A DNA stretch of 64,000 bases from Antedon mediterranea (Eukaryota; Animalia; Echinodermata). The notes beneath the pieces are model-generated. The model was not told where the DNA came from. It worked only from the letters and a program-made list of their open reading frames with translations, and ran no database searches. Below are positions 1-13,300 of this stretch, in pieces. Every line of letters starts with the position of its first letter. Within the stretch, counting starts at the first letter, position 1. The position numbers and the translations under genes are program-made. The DNA is taken from contig NC_092677.1 of the NCBI RefSeq assembly GCF_964355755.1, positions 19,552,101 to 19,616,100 on the forward strand, given 5' to 3'.

Positions 1-234
1 TAATGAAACTTACAGAGTAGGTTCAGAATATATTATAAAGATCATTTCTTGATGTTGCATCTTTCAAAATCTGGGATTTAAAGAGTAAATTAGACTTTCA
101 TACATAATGTATATCCACCTCACGTAGTAAATCATTTACCACGAATGTAACGAAGCGTTAATGAAATTACGATACGCCATTAGCGCCCATTTAAAAATAC
201 ATTAACAAAGCTATAAAACCTACGCTAATCAACT

Positions 235-704
235 GAATATTTTCTGTACATATATATACCAGTAATAAAATACATGAAAAAGTACATTACATATTTAAGG
301 CATAAGTAATAAATAACTTTTAAATAGTTCTGTAAGGCTGTAAGGTATAATAAACTTTAACAAAGCTATAAAACCTACGCTAAATAACTGTTTTACCATA
401 ATTTAAATATAGTTTACAATACATTATATTATTATAAAATACATAACATATAAAGAAACCCAAATATAAACTAAAATATTTACAGATATGTGTTTAAAAT
501 GTCAAACAAAAAAGGCCTTCCATAAAATGATGTGAAGTATTTTTTATTGTAAACTATAATTAAATTATTGTTGGTTTTATAGCTTTGTTAAAGTTTATTA
601 TACCTTACAGAACTATTTAAAAGTAATTACTTTATATGTCTTATGTAATGTACTTTTTCGTGTATTTTGTTACCAGTATATATATATATTTACAGAAAAT
701 ATTG
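235..704. repeat. AT-rich inverted repeat (MITE-like) in a HEATR3 intron
   Basis: Arm ~235-378 (...aaggtataataaactttaacaaagctataaaacc) is the reverse complement of ~573-704 (ggttttatagctttgttaaagtttattatacctt...). No clear TSD. Confidence 0.6.
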
Positions 705-868
705 AAACCTTATTTGGTAAGTCACTAAATTATGTATGCATTTGGAGCTAAACAAATTCTAAATATATATATTGTAATGCATAGCGAAAAATTGTGAATT
801 CTTAAACAAATTTTATAGTTAAAAAATTGGCTTTATACAAAGTTGACTGTTGATTTTTTACATTACAG

Positions 869-3800
869 GTCTTGGCTAAATTAAATTTTCATGAGAAATC
901 TTTACTGGGCCAAATAAACAGCAGCACAAAATACACATTTTTAGCTTCAGGGTGAGTTTATACAACCTACATTTTCCTTAAATATTTGTTATCTGCAACT
1001 AGTTGTGAATAGTCCCCTCATTGTCTTTTTTTTCTTGATTATTCTTTAGAATTTTAGGTTTTCGATGACGTCACAATTGGACAGAATAGCGTACATGCGA
1101 TTTGTGAATTTATATGACTGATAATAAATTTCAATGAAACTTTACACAAGTATGTTTCACATAAAATGTCAACTTTCTAAAAGAATTTGCTTTTCAAACT
1201 TGATACACAATTGTAAAATCAATTTCTATTCAATTTTGGTTATTTTAAGTAAAACACACTGCTCGTGTTTATGGTAAAAGGCCAAATATGCAATTGATTT
1301 TGTCATTTTCATGACATCTAAATGCACTCTACAATTAATGGCCAATTTAAGGCAAATTTGTGAAAAAATTTGCATATTTTAAATCTATCATAGCTCCTCA
1401 GGATGGGTGATGACCCCATTTGTTAAAAACTTTACTTTATGTAAATCTTTTCTTACCAGATGTGGTAACGTCATCATATGGCCACTTAAATTTTAAAAAT
1501 AATTTTTGTCTTTTGTACTGGTTAAAGGGGGGTTGCGGGTTTAAAATGAATAGTAAAAAATGTAAAATATATTTGTTTGTCTCTTGAACGGTAAAAGTTT
1601 CAATTTATATAAGCGCCCAGTGAAGCAGAACGAAGGCTGTGAAATGAGGCCAGATTACAAGTGCAGCTACGGCAAAATCACACTGTGGTTACAGAATAGC
1701 AAATTCGTGAAATGGTCAATCTTCCGACGACTCGTTATCATTAACCATATCAATTACTTTTGTAAAATTATACTTATCTGATGTAATTTTAGTCGGTCTT
1801 CCCATTTATAAAGTCAATTTTCTATGAAAATCCATCAAAACAGTGAAAAATTAGATAAGTTTGCACTTTACGTTTGCCGATTTTCGCACTGACTTAGGGA
1901 AAGCCTTCAAAATCAATGAAGCGTAACGTATACATTCCTGCTGAGCGAGGAGAGCGAGACGACGATACACGTGCTCTCTCTGCCCATGCCTGGCATCGTC
2001 ACGTGATAAGCAGATACAGTATACAATACCAAACTGGTCGGGTCGAGTATACCCCGTCTATAATCACAACATGAACGATGTACAGTATTTGATTGAAGGT
2101 CGACTCAACCTACCGGAATGGTATAGATAATATAGCTCGAATGAGAGAGTTGGAATATTTGTAAACATAAGTACAGTATTGCTAATTTTAACAAGTGTAG
2201 CCTATAGTAAAAGGCCTGGTAGTATCAATTCGCATAGGGTCTACTACACTAGCTAGCTCAATTTTAACTGGGCCGGATCGGCTAGGCTCTAGGCTAGGCC
2301 TCCTTCCTACTACCGCCCGGTCTACTTGCTTGATGCAGTATCCGCTTTTTTGGAGAGTAAACTAGGCCTACTTATTAGACGATCGGGACACCATACGTGC
2401 GGACGGCGATCGGACCTTGTTTTGCCTCAATATTTACTGCCGATTTTTGTAGAACGTTTTAGGTTTAGATTGTTTAGAAGTTTGGTTGATAGGATGGGTT
2501 TGGAATCCACTGAGTTTTGTTATTGATGGGCCAATCGTTTAGTAATAGGCTAGCTAGGCCCATGAATGATGGCCCCAATCAATGTTTTAACGTAGCCATC
2601 GTGGCATGGAATCCCTAGTCAGAAATGGCTCTCACCCCGGCATGAATAAAATGATTTAGGCTAGGCCTAGCCTAGTACGTGAAGCCGATATACGATCTGT
2701 ACTATTAATTCGAAGTATAAAAATATTATAATTTATGACTCCGTAATCTGTACTAAATTTTGTATTTCATTAAATGTCAAATAAATATATGCTACTACTG
2801 TTATTATTACACTTTAGGCCTAGCTTAGCAAATCTACAAAAAATGTATTTAACAATGATCGGGTGGTCGTCGTTTGACAGAGGAGAGAGAACACAACGTA
2901 CAAGCTTGACGTCGCGAGTTTGGAATCCACTGATGACGTGATTTTGTGAATATCTCATGAATATTAATGAGCTTCCCTAAGCTGCTGAAAAACAGATTTT
3001 CCATGAATTTACCCTAAAATGTATATGAAATTTAATTTTTTTAATTTCTTGTTATTACTTCTTCATTCTGACATGTCTATATTGTTATAATATTTTTTAT
3101 TTAATAAATAAACGATATTTAAAAGCAATTTTAAACCCAGAATCCCCCTTTAATCACATTCATTTGTCTATTGAAAGTTGACATTGTCAAGACAAGTTGA
3201 AGTAAAAATCCTTTGTGTCATAGTTCATCGTATTTAGAAGATCTCGCTTCTACGTGTTCATACTTCTTAAAAATGTTAATATATTGTTACTCAGATAATT
3301 ATTTTCCAAAATTGTTATCTTTATGTTTCATTTTGATAATCGTCAAGTTAAAAATTGGAATATAAATGCGTCCCGTAATTTTCTATGCTACATTGTATCA
3401 GTTTAGTCAGCGAAAACTGCACTACAGTATGACACAAAACAGGCACAATTCAGCACAGCACAGCACTACAGTATGACACAAAACAGGCACAATTCAGCAC
3501 AGCACAGCACTACAGTATGACACAAAACAGGCACAATTCAGCACAGCACAGCACTACAGTATGACACAAAACAGGCACAATTCAGCACAGCACAGCACTA
3601 CAGTATGACACAAAACAGGCACAATTCAGCACAGCACAGCACTACAGTATGACACAAAACAGGCACAATTCAGCACAGCACAGCACTACAGTATGACACA
3701 AAACAGGCACAATTCAGCACAGCACAGCACTACAGTATGACACAAAACAGGCACAATTCAGCACAGCACAGCACACATATTTACTTCAGGTCATTAGATG

Positions 3801-6345
3801 GCATAAATAAATGTTGTAGTTTTTGTATTTTTCCAAGTGAACATTTGGTCACATCAAACTATATATTTAACAGATAATGATTCATTCATTTTGTTTCAGA
3901 TTGCTTCGGTTGCAATGTCGAGGATTAGTTTGTATGCAGAATTTGGTAACAGCAGTGGAGCTGGAAGTACTTGGTGGTCCTCCAGCCCTCATTGTAGTCT
4001 GGGAGAAACTCTTAGCATTAGCATTATCAGATCAAGGTAAGTGCAAGTTCCTAAAGGTTTGAAATATAATTGGTGAGCTAAGCCCTGTTATGTCTGGCAA
4101 TTTCTGATTTATTAAACACTTGAATTGAAATCAACTGTAATTAAGCTAGGTAGGTAGATAGGTTGGAGTAGTGGCATAATACTATTACTAGCTATAACTA
4201 GTTCTCTTTAACATACTTGAAACGTTGTCATTGTATGTGTATGACCATAAACAATTGTAAAGGTAGTGAATTATGTTTAATTTGATCCCCATTGTGTTTC
4301 TCTTCATTTTTAACTCATGAATCATGCTCCTGCAAAGTTTTGTGTTTTGAATGGGGGAAACATAAACTAGTAGTTCAGCCTTCCCTGGGAATTAGAAGGA
4401 TGACATCACACACTGCTACCAATGGCTAGCCCTAGTGCATCATCAACTTAAAATGTTACAAAACTTTGGATCATCAGCAGATTTTAGATCAAAAACATTT
4501 TTCTATTTATACAGTGATTGAAGCTCATTGTTTTCCTTGTTTAGTAGAGCTTTTTGTTCATGTTGTTGCTTCTCAAATATTGTTCACCTAGATTTAAAAT
4601 ATTATTATTACTTTTTTCATTATTTGTATTAGTGCCATCAGGAGAAGAGTTTTTGGAAGCCTTGACTGGTGCTTTAAGATCCGTCATACAAAAAATGAGC
4701 ACAATAAAGCAGGCACCAAAGGTACGTTATTTAATTTTATTAGCTTGATTTTAATTAATTAATTTGATATTAAGTAGATACCTTCCAGAGAGCGGGTTTT
4801 AAATGTAGCGTTAAACACCATTTATCAGGTTCATACTTGCCTTATATCCTGAGGATTAATTTACCTTAGTTTTTAGCTTGATCAGAGAAATTTAAAAATT
4901 GAGATTTGACATTGATAACCTAACGAATGCAAAGTAGTTCTTTCTTATACCAAGATGCACCTGCCCATTAATTTGAAGGCTTCACCGAAGTTCCAGCCTG
5001 ATCAAAGCAATTTTGAAATTACACCTCAACCTTTGACATCACATGACCTTGGTTGGCATCCTCCTTGATATCAGATTCATACTCACCCTATCCTCAGTAT
5101 TGTTTTTCCTAAGTTTCAGCTCAATCGGGGCAATTAAAAAATAATTGAGATTTTGTGAACACTGCATGAATTGAACACTGCATAGAAATATCGAGTCATT
5201 TTTGCAATTGAATTTTGTTCTACATACATTTTATGATAAATTCTATTCAATTCTCTAATTTGCCATCAGTATTTGCTTTTGTAACATTGCAGGGTTTGAC
5301 TCAACACCATGTTTCACAATTATGCAACCTTGGAAAGAGTTCAGCTTGCGAGGGCATTCGTGTCAATATCTTAGGTATGCTGGGAAGTATTGGCAGCCTT
5401 TTAGCATTTGAGGAAACAGCAGAGCAAACAGTAGCAGTAAGTATATACATATAGTATTACTTGCCTATAGATAAAATAAAAAATAAAAATATATTGTAAA
5501 ACAGTCCTGAATGTAGTCACAATCTTGTGAATCCCGTTGCATGTTTTGAGAGTAGTAGTGGTTGGAATACATGGAATATATACGAATGTTTGTAGTAATG
5601 TATAGCTATTGTAAAAAAACACTGATTAATTTCTGTTCATGGAATTAATTAACAGGCAATAGGTATTCAGCTTATAGACATAGCAACTAAAGACCCTAGT
5701 GTGTGGGTGATTGCCGAGGCATTAGATGCAATCTTCGATACATTTGGAGATGGAAAGACAGCGGATATTGTTGCAGAAAATATAAATCTTGTTGCTAAGT
5801 TAAAAAACATGCTACCTCAACTAAAATCAAAGGTAATGTTCTTGTAAAACAGTTAAAATTGTCAAGTTCAAATTTCTGTTATACCTGTATATATGTAATA
5901 ATAAATAATAAAAAAATAACACTAAAAAAGGAACGACATATTAGTTCCATCATGAGGTCATTTTCAAGCTCAATTATGGAATTGAAACATTATTCCTTTT
6001 TTGGAGTGTATAGTAAGCATACTCTAATTCACAATAATAATCAATAATGATATTCAAATTGATCGATTAATGCTCAAACTGGTTTGGAAAAACTATTGCA
6101 GTGTATCGTGGTGGTTGAATGACATTTTTCTTGAATATGATTGAGTGATTCCAACATCATGATCAGGCGTCACTTTTAGAAACTCCATTTATAATTTGTA
6201 TAATAATTGTCTATATTTTACATGACTTTATTATTGTTTTCAGTTGCGACAGAATAAGAGCAATTTAGGTGACCGTCTTCCAATTGTACATAATGCCAAA
6301 ACAAATCTCATCAGGTTCATCAAATACAAAGAAAAACAGCAATGA
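869..6345 (+). CDS. HEATR3: HEAT repeat-containing protein 3 (Syo1-like ribosomal protein import adaptor), 3' portion; 5' exons lie upstream of the window
   Basis: Exons 869-951, 3900-4036, 4633-4721, 5293-5436, 5656-5832, 6244-6345, all AG/GT bounded and phase-consistent. Spliced peptide ...LQCRGLVCMQNLV...LGGPPAL...FLEALTGALRSVIQKM...IRVNILGMLGSIGSLLA...ATKDPSVWVIAEALDAIFDTFGDGK...NAKTNLIRFIKYKEKQQ* matches the recalled C-terminus of vertebrate HEATR3 ([38 protein letters not shown]). Confidence 0.9.
1526..3149. mobile_element. Non-autonomous Kolobok-like DNA transposon (TTAA TSD, AG..CT ends)
   Basis: ttaa|aggggggttgcgggtttaaaa ... ttttaaacccagaatccccct|ttaa; ~21-bp imperfect TIR; no credible ORF. 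Confidence 0.65.
2011..2138. mobile_element. Miniature element with ends similar to the 9.8 kb foldback element
   Basis: Left cagatacagtatacaataccaaactgg and right ccggaatggtatagataatatagctc resemble caggtatataaaatataccaaattgg (32230) and ccaggatggtataggaaatatagctc (ending 42043). Confidence 0.45.
3419..3774. repeat. 44-bp minisatellite, ~8 identical copies
   Basis: Unit gcactacagtatgacacaaaacaggcacaattcagcacagcaca repeated head-to-tail with no spacers, inside a HEATR3 intron. Confidence 0.95.
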
Positions 6346-8509
6346 AAATGCACAAGAATAGAAAAAAAATTGCAAGTTACCACTGAGTAAGTTCTTTGAT
6401 GATCTGAGTATTATTATTAGAAAACAAAAGTTAACATAATCTTAATTTCAAAAGTGATCTTAATTGGGAGCTGATCTTTATTTTTCTTTATTGGTTCAGT
6501 TTAACTTTCAGCCAGGCTTAGTATTTTGTACAGTTGCGAGTGGGAGAATAACCATGTTAATTGCCAGTTTCCCTTTTTTAGATCAGCAGAAATAGTTTTT
6601 CTGCCAGATGAGCTTGTATAGGTCTAGGAGTTTTCCTGTTAGGATACCATCTAATCCAGCTGCTTTATCATCTCATTGCATTTATGGCATCTGTAACTTC
6701 AACGATGGTTGATAAATCACCTCCATGTTCATGAGCAGAAAGCAGCATAAACATATATATGAATAGCATGGTTGGTATAAAAATTATATTTTTATTCTAC
6801 ATTGTAATAATTAGATAGTGTTTAAATGTAAATATATTTTACTTTCATTTGAGATTTTGTTTTTAGCTCTAAAATAATGGTAGTAGTAGATTGGTGAATA
6901 CTGTACCGTACTTAATAGTGAGCTTTCGCATTCGGAGTCCGGACGGTGCACAAAAGAATACGATAAATTACACAAAATATTAATCTGCACATACGTATAA
7001 GCTTAATATACTCTGTTCCATTCATTATCGCGAATTCAAGTTTTTCATTTTTTTGTAAACATCAAACTATCATAACTGTATTTTATGTCTATAATATGTG
7101 TATGCTATGAATTACCTTTGATTCGTCTATATTCATTAAAAAAATAAGCATCCTTGTAAGTCCCTTTTATGGTTTTCATTAGGTGTTTTTAGTTCATCCT
7201 TCTGCTACAGCCTAGCTTAAAACTTATAAGACACACCCACAAAACTCAGGGTCTGCGGACTATGTCCAGCAGGGGGATGTTGAAAATAACGGGATTGCTA
7301 TGTTAATTACTGTTTCCTTGATAATACAGTAACATAAGTAAAAAAATATATACAGTAAATTAGTGTATTATTGTGTATCTATATTATAAGAGAGTTGGTT
7401 ACACAATTTGTTCCTACTACACATATCCATACACACGAGACATCATCTTGGAAATGGCGTTTAAATGCTTTTGAAACTTTATTTTAAAAAATCTCTGTGT
7501 ACAATGGGATGTAGTTGGGTATTGTATTGTGAAGAATTTAAATAACATTGAATCACCCCAGGGATTTAAAGAAATATCAACGTGACCAGAATTGTACTGG
7601 GAAGTGTTAAACTAAGATTGTATAGCACTGCAAGATTGATGGGCAACCTATGACCGACATTCCGGTTGACAATATGAACTGTATGAAGGCGAGAGTTCCA
7701 ATAAGTTTAGGCCTACAAGTTTTAAAAAATTACTGAGACACATAGTACTAACAATTGTTAACAAATTAAATTATAGAAGAAAACTATCGCTATAATAAAC
7801 ACTACATATTTGTTTTTACTTGTTAACACCATGGAATTACTTGGAAGCTTAGTGTTATAAGATAGGAGCTTAGCAACTTATCTGGGCTATATAACCTTTG
7901 GTTTGAACCATATCCCAGAAAGGGGGGGGGGGAGGGGTAATAGATTATCAAACTGACTGAAATTGTACTACTTTTTTTTGCATTATGGAATACTGTTTTT
8001 AAATAATAGTATAATGTACATAGCTTTAATAATATAAATATAGTTTCTGTACTTATGATAAAGTTTTAGAGCCATGGTAATTTGCATTCCTAGATTGTAT
8101 AAGAATTTGGTTATTTGGTTCATCTTGTGTGTATGTTTATAAGATAAACATATTCAAATTTTGAATTCATTATTTAATTTATAATAATTTTAGAAGTTAT
8201 CAAAACCACAAAAATGCTTTTTTGGCACCGAGTATTTTTTTTGAAAGAAAATAATGATAAATTTACCCTTCCATTTTAATTTTTTCGATTCCAGGTTGCT
8301 TATTAACTTTTGAAATTTTAAATAGTTTGTGGGCTATGATTGCATTTTATGCAGATTAAACTATTATGTACTATTATTTCATGTCATTGTCAGTATGTAT
8401 TTTAATTTTAAGCAAAATATGAATATTTCTCTGAATAAAGAAAAACATTTTTTAATACTGTATTGTGGTTTTATATAAAAGTTTAAAATATAGGTTTTTC
8501 TTATGTTTT

Positions 8510-9237
8510 AACAAGGCCAACAGCCATTAAGTCGCGTGCTACAATGCATAGTGATACCGGACCGACAGACAAACAGACCGACAGACGGACCGACCGACAT
8601 AGTGAACTATACTGACCGAAATTACTGAACATGTTTAAAAATGTTGAAATGTTTAAAAACATTTATATTTATTTTAATTTACACGTGCGTAGCCTGTCAC
8701 TTTTGACGTTGAAAAGTAAGTCAAGAAAACAGAAATCGGGCAAAAAGAGTGCGCAATAATATTTAACGCGCAGTGCGCGCGCAAAAATCTGCGCACTCAT
8801 GGCAATTTTGTAAACGCTTAAAATTTCCTGAAACGTACTCTTATTTCATCGAAAATAAATTTTGAAAATTTTAAGCGCGCGTACGCATGCGTTACATGCG
8901 CTACGCACGTAATTGTATTGCCATATGATGATTTATGCCCTGAAATTTATGAGTACCAAATTTTATTTAATTGTGATTCATGGTTGTTAAGATATGATTA
9001 CAAACGTGATTTCGTTAAATCGTGCGTAGACCGCGTAATTTTTTATTGCGCACCGTGAAAACATAACCACATCGATTCCTGGCCATAAGGAATATTCTGT
9101 GAAAAATTGACTTAGCTAGATTAAACTGATATCAAGATAAGGTCATAAAGCGATAAAACGCATAGTGATACCGGACCGACAGACAGACCGACCGACCGAC
9201 ATAGTGAACTATAGAGTCGCTTCCACGCGACTAAAAA
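8510..9237 (-). mobile_element. Helentron-type non-autonomous element (HINE/DINE-like)
   Basis: aacaag end with short stem-loop ggccaacagcc, subTIR agtcgcgtg / cacgcgact, terminal hairpin agtcgcttccacgcgact+aaaaa, and (gacc/gaca)n microsatellite blocks. Confidence 0.65.
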
Positions 9238-10398
9238 TGTGTTAAAAATAACAAAATGATGAACTGTATAGTTTCGACATCTGATTTTTGAGAAACCAAT
9301 TGGGAGCATGAGCAGTTTTTTTTGATAAAAAAAAAATAATAATAAAACAAAAACGATGAAATAAAATAGATACATTCAGTGTACTACAATCATAATAATA
9401 TTAAAATTAGTATAAAGAAATAAGATATTGAAAAAAATTTTTACGAAAAGTATAAAGAGATTTAAAATGCTTTTAGTTCGCCCGATGTACCACCAGCATC
9501 TAGCGTTGACGTTTATGTGACATCACAACGAACCATCATCTTAGGACACTCAACCAATTCTTAGTGCATCTGTGTTGGACTATCTCATCAACCATGAAAA
9601 GTTTATACCATCAGATATGACATCATCATCTGATAACAATAGTTCTTTGCTTCCTTATAGCCGGTAGGTAGCACTGTACACACTAAAGCTTTTACGGAAC
9701 ACACTCGATACTTTCGTAGTGAGAAATCAGGTAATGACCTAAATGCCCCAGATATGTATGTTGTAGCCAACATTTTGACATTGTATCGCACGAAACGCCT
9801 TAGAACGGTTGTAAGAGGGTTGGAAACACTGAAAAACATACGAAACGGTATATATCTGAGGCAAAACGTGAATTTTATGATTTTATTTAAAAGACCTGTG
9901 ACGTCACAAAAAAACGTCGCATCACGAAGAAGTCTTCGGAAGCAACGTCTTTGGAAGCATTGAGATGCTTGGAAATGTCACCCGAACAAAGTTCAAGAAA
10001 AGATGTCAACCTTCTGATTGGTTGGTTAAAATGCTTACGTAAAATTTATTTTTTATTCATTCATACACATAGTAAAACCCAATTAGATTGATGAGCTGGA
10101 TGACTTGGTGGGCTTGTATTGAGGCTATGGCCCTGGGGGTTGCAGGATTGATTCTCTACTTGACAATTTTTTTAAATATTTTTTTTAGTTTGAGAAATAT
10201 GTGTTGTTTATGTTGACACACAACATGGACAAACAGCAATAAAAAAGCCAGTTAAATGATGATGTAATGCAGTGTAGAGACACAAAGCTGGAACAAAAAT
10301 TGGTAGTTGGAAATACTGTATATATTTATATATTTATTGCTCAAATTCAATTTCTATAAATATCCATTTCCATGTTGTTGCATTGCATTTCCAAAAAA

Positions 10399-13300
10399 TT
10401 AAAGTTTTGCTTTTTGAGTAAAGAAGTTCATGATAGCCTGTACACACTCATCTGAAGTCCATCTTTCCACCAGTAATTCACATTCGGCATCATTAACCTT
10501 ATGAAGGAGGTCTTTGTCATTACTTCTGATCAGGTTTTTAGAAAGCCTCATTGACTGCAATGGAAAGAAAAGAAAATAATGTTGATACAGTATAAGTTTA
10601 TATGCATGTGTAACATTAATTGATGATAAACAATGTTGCACATATGTAAATGATAAATGAGTGACTAAAATGGGAATATGCATATTACAATAGGGAGGTT
10701 TCGCAACCTTACAAATACGTTTGTGAAACTTTTGAGCTGATCCCCATTTCATATTCATTTGAATCTGGAATGATCCATGATATATAATTATACTTTTATT
10801 GAAAGTAATTTACTAAAATATGCCAGGTCAATTTTGAAAAATAGCAGTTTTTAAAGTCCTCACTCGCTTTGATGTTACGCTAGGCCTAGGCAGCCAAGCA
10901 CCAAGCATCACGTACCTGCGATTCGCTCAAATTTACCGCAGTCATATTTTGGACGACGCCCTCAATATTTCGTTGCCATGCGAAACAGATTTTTACTGGA
11001 TTACGAATACGTGTGCGTGACGTTATCGTATTCGTAAGATTGCGAAACCTCCCTAATAAGCATTCAACGTCACTACATAGTTCACAGGCAAAGGCACTAT
11101 ACCAGTGACTTATGCCGTATGTGTGAACATACTCCTATGCATGACTCACATTTTTAGGCAACTTGGCATACTCGTCTACCAGCCTACTGGTTTCTTTTTG
11201 AAATTTATCATCTGGGAAAACACTTGCAACAAGGCCTCTGTCACATGCCTCATCAGCTGTTAGTTTACGGCCAAATAACAACACCTCATTTGCCTAAATA
11301 TGAGTAACAAATTGTATTTATTAATTTATCCTTGGTTCTTTGTATTGAAGATAATTGCATAAACTTTTCCAGAAAAAAGGTCTGACACAACAAGTCAAGA
11401 GACAAACACATACTCTGTCATTGCCAAATATTTTGACTTCTCTATCAGAAATAACTGGAAATACCTACCTTTGCCCTTCCCATGATTTTTGGGAAAACAT
11501 AAGAGGAGCATCCCTCAGGACTTTGACCAAGAGCTGAGAATGGAGTTACAAATGTTGCCTAAAAAATGTTAAAGATTTTAAAAGTCAAGATAAATGTTTT
11601 TATATTGTATGTGTGAATTATGTTTTAAATGTTCAACTTATAGTTGTTAGATACTGTAACAGAGTTATATTATAGATATAAACCTTTGCAACAACATTAA
11701 TAATAACTCCACTTTACTACCTTATTTGTACTGTAAACCACATCAAAGAGACCCAATATAGTGACAGATACACCAACAGCTGGTCCATTCACCAATCCAA
11801 TTAAAGGCTTTGGAAAGTCAATAAATGCTGAAACAAACTTACTGAAAATAACAGAAAAATGTAGTAATGAACTGACTTATGTAATTTCTCTTTCACAAGT
11901 TTAAATACACTAGATGGCAACAGCTACAACCGAATCACCTAAAAACCAAATCTGGTAAACTAAAACCTCTTTCTGTTTTCATATTTGACAAGGCGGACCT
12001 GTGTCACAACCAGTAACATGGAAAATGTCTAACTAATGTAGAAACACCAACATCTTATGTAGATCAAAAAGCACCCGCTAACGGTCAACAGCTAAAGTAG
12101 AAAATTTCCTCACAGCTGTAGTTATGGTCTAAGTTGTAGACTGTGTTTCGATTTAATATTAGTAAAAAGATAAATATTTTGGCACATATGGCGTTTCATA
12201 TGGATTGTATTAAACTTGAGCTCATCACATGTTTTGACTAGTTTCAGTCGTATATGATTGACTAGTTTCAGTCGTATATGATTGACTATGTTATGCGCGA
12301 TTTGAACGATTTGCGCAATTTGAAATTGCGCCAAAAAAATCCTTGCGCAATTTGAATTGAAACATGTGTTTCAAATTGCGCAAGCAACGTATTAAATTGC
12401 GCAAGTAATCTGCAAATTGCGCAAGGTTTTTCAACAGATTGTGAAATCATGCACACCCATGTTTTTATAGTAATTTCTAAGAATGATTCAAAATTAAAGA
12501 TAAATATCGCATTTCCTTATTTTAGTAGTGCAAATATTGTTATAAGTTAGCATACCGTCGAAGAACCGACGAAGGAAAACGAAGCGGTGGTGTTCCACCA
12601 GGCGGGCGCGGCGCGGGCGGCCGGCTATACTACTCTAGCCTAGCTAGGGTCTGGACTACTGATACTGACTAGGTTACATGGCCTAGCTTAAACTAATATT
12701 AAAAACTTAAAAAGTGAGTATTAAACATTATCTTCATTGAAATGGTCTTATTTATTTATAATAAAATACTAAATTTTAAACTCCTCTGCCTAGGCCTAGC
12801 CTAGCCATGTATGGGAAAATTTACAGTTCGTTTTCAAATTGCGCAAAGGTGTCATATTGCGCAAGAACTATCTTGCGCAATTTACAAATTGTGCAGCGCA
12901 ATTTAAAATTGCGCAAAGATTTTCTTGCGCAATTTGAAATTGCGCAAGTTGATTGCGCAATTTGAAATTGCGCAAAAAAATCATTGCGCAAATTTAAATT
13001 GCGCAAGAATTCTTTGCGCAATTTCAAATTGCGCAAGGATTTCTTTGCGCAATTTCAAATTGCGCAAATCGTTCAAATCGCGCATAACAACTACTTGCTC
13101 AAAAAACCATTTTACTATCCATATTTTAGAATTTAAGAAGATTAGAGACACACACATTTACGTCTGCTGGGTACACAAATTCCAACTTGTTTCTTTGCGA
13201 AATTTGTTGATGATGAAATTTCTGAATACTAAAAATGATTTCTAGGCCTAGGTAAACATTTGATGGGATTTCTCTAAGAACAGTAAAACTAGTCTTGATT

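Noticed and set aside
3419-3774. 44-bp repeat as CRISPR or coding repeat
   Set aside because: Identical head-to-tail units, no spacers, period not a multiple of 3, intronic.
9462-10036. Element bounded by an 11-bp direct repeat ttaaaatgctt, with two short ORFs
   Set aside because: Probably a repeat remnant, but the AT-rich match could be chance and the ORFs have no recognisable motifs.
12821-13245. ORFs with repeated LRNFKLR / AQFEIAQ peptides
   Set aside because: Translations of palindromic subterminal repeats of the Ginger-like MITE.
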